Assembly: GCA_963773465.1 (NCBI GenBank)
Contig: CAVZBF010000002.1
Location: forward strand, 555,853-619,852
DNA: 64,000 bases
Source: an uncultured Bacteroidota bacterium
GTDB taxonomy: Bacteria; Bacteroidota; Bacteroidia; Chitinophagales; Chitinophagaceae
Direction: 5' to 3'
Shown: positions 63,267-64,000 of the stretch, piece by piece
How the letters are laid out: each line of letters opens with the position of its first letter
How positions within the stretch are numbered: position 1 is the first letter of the stretch
Translations under genes and position numbers: made by a program
Notes under the pieces: model-generated
What the model was told of the DNA's origin: nothing
Databases searched by the model: none
Seen by the model: the letters and a program-made list of their open reading frames with translations, nothing else

Positions 63267-63986
63267 TTAATCTTTTACATTCTTTTCAGTTGCATTAATA
63301 ATGCAATCGATCACCTTTTCTGCGCTGCATCCGTTTAGTCCCGCGCCCCAGCATGCATTAAACTCCAGTACAAACCAGCCAATAACTTTATTGTATGCCA
63401 AATCAATCACAACTGTCTTTGGCAACACGGTCTTATGTTTATTGATGAATTCGTTTAAAAAAGATTCTCCTCCGTTAATGTCTGCAGCGCCCTCATAAAT
63501 TGCCATGTCTTTTATTGTATTTTCTAAAACATAAGCCCGGGCTTCAGCTTCTATAGTCACAATTTCAGAAACCAGTATTTCTTCATTGTCACCGATGCGC
63601 CCTGATATTGCTCTAAAATCATCAATCGTTTTAAATACACCTGCCTGAAACAGTTTTGGAATTACCGGTTTAATAAAAATGGGAAAGTCAATGTATAAGA
63701 GTTGAGATATCTTTTTTAGTTCGATGTTTCGCTTTGTCCACTATTTATCCAACCTTACTATCAACGTGTCATCAGGTGACACAAGTGAAAGATTATAAAT
63801 TTGCGCTAACACCAAAGAAAAGGTTTGATTGCCATAAATTGCCAGTGGATGACTGTCAAGTTTTTCATCTTTTATCCAATACTTTCCTAATCGTTGAATA
63901 GTTCCTCCGCGATTTATCCAGGTTTCAAAGACCTGGGTTCTTTCAATGTCAGCTTTTTCTGGAATGAGTAATATAGGTTGCTGCAT
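63267..63986 (-). pseudogene. Hypothetical protein (possible ATP-grasp-like/DUF4343) interrupted at ~63737
   Basis: Both the 81-aa ORF at 63741..63986 and the ORF at 63267..63560 are open further upstream without Met. Translation continues ...ISQLLYIDFPIFIKPVIPKLFQAGVFKTIDDFRAISGRIGDNEEILVSEIVTIEAEARAYVLEN... Confidence 0.35.
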
Positions 63987-64000
63987 AAGTTGTGGTAGTC

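Noticed and set aside
1-64000. Mobile elements, integrases and phage genes
   Set aside because: No transposase, integrase, recombinase, att-like flanks or phage structural genes were seen in any frame.

Overview
This 64-kb window is low-GC (~40%) Bacteroidota chromosome of Chitinophagaceae/Sphingobacteriia type. Gene density is high, almost all ORFs fall into recognisable families, and there is no prophage, IS element, CRISPR array or tRNA. Themes:
- Secretion and surface proteins: two cargo proteins with a T9SS type-B C-terminal domain (FTPNGDGLND), two with a type-A Por tail, and an adjacent ECF sigma plus anti-sigma/TonB-C pair.
- Outer-membrane uptake: two large TonB-dependent receptors and two small beta-barrel OMPs.
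- Envelope and transport: a TamB/AsmA giant, a sodium:solute symporter, flotillin and a PIG-L deacetylase.
- Housekeeping metabolism: ribBA, ggt, a hutI homologue, a MurC-like ligase, a Zn-alcohol dehydrogenase, esterases, an amidase, a proline iminopeptidase, an M14 carboxypeptidase and a GH16 glucanase.
- A tightly spaced ATP-grasp plus YbdK-type carboxylate-amine ligase pair.

Two global observations stand out.
1. At least 16 genes are broken into 2-4 adjacent same-strand ORFs by single-nucleotide frame changes. Several of these sit inside short homopolymers. The pattern fits uncorrected indel errors better than true pseudogenes, although as written the frames are disrupted.
2. Many intergenic spacers, especially between convergent gene ends, are built from short (6-9 bp) tandemly iterated units followed by their reverse complement, giving long imperfect hairpins. 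Each locus uses a different unit (aattgttg, aattccaa, tcaatgc, aaggtt/agcctt, gtgagtt, aattaata, atcatct).

A separate exact 29-bp direct repeat carries a perfect 20-bp palindrome. I see no obvious defence or toxin system. The candidate novelties are the repeat-hairpin family, the ATP-grasp/YbdK cassette, and small membrane ORFs translationally coupled to the SSF transporter and the PIG-L deacetylase.
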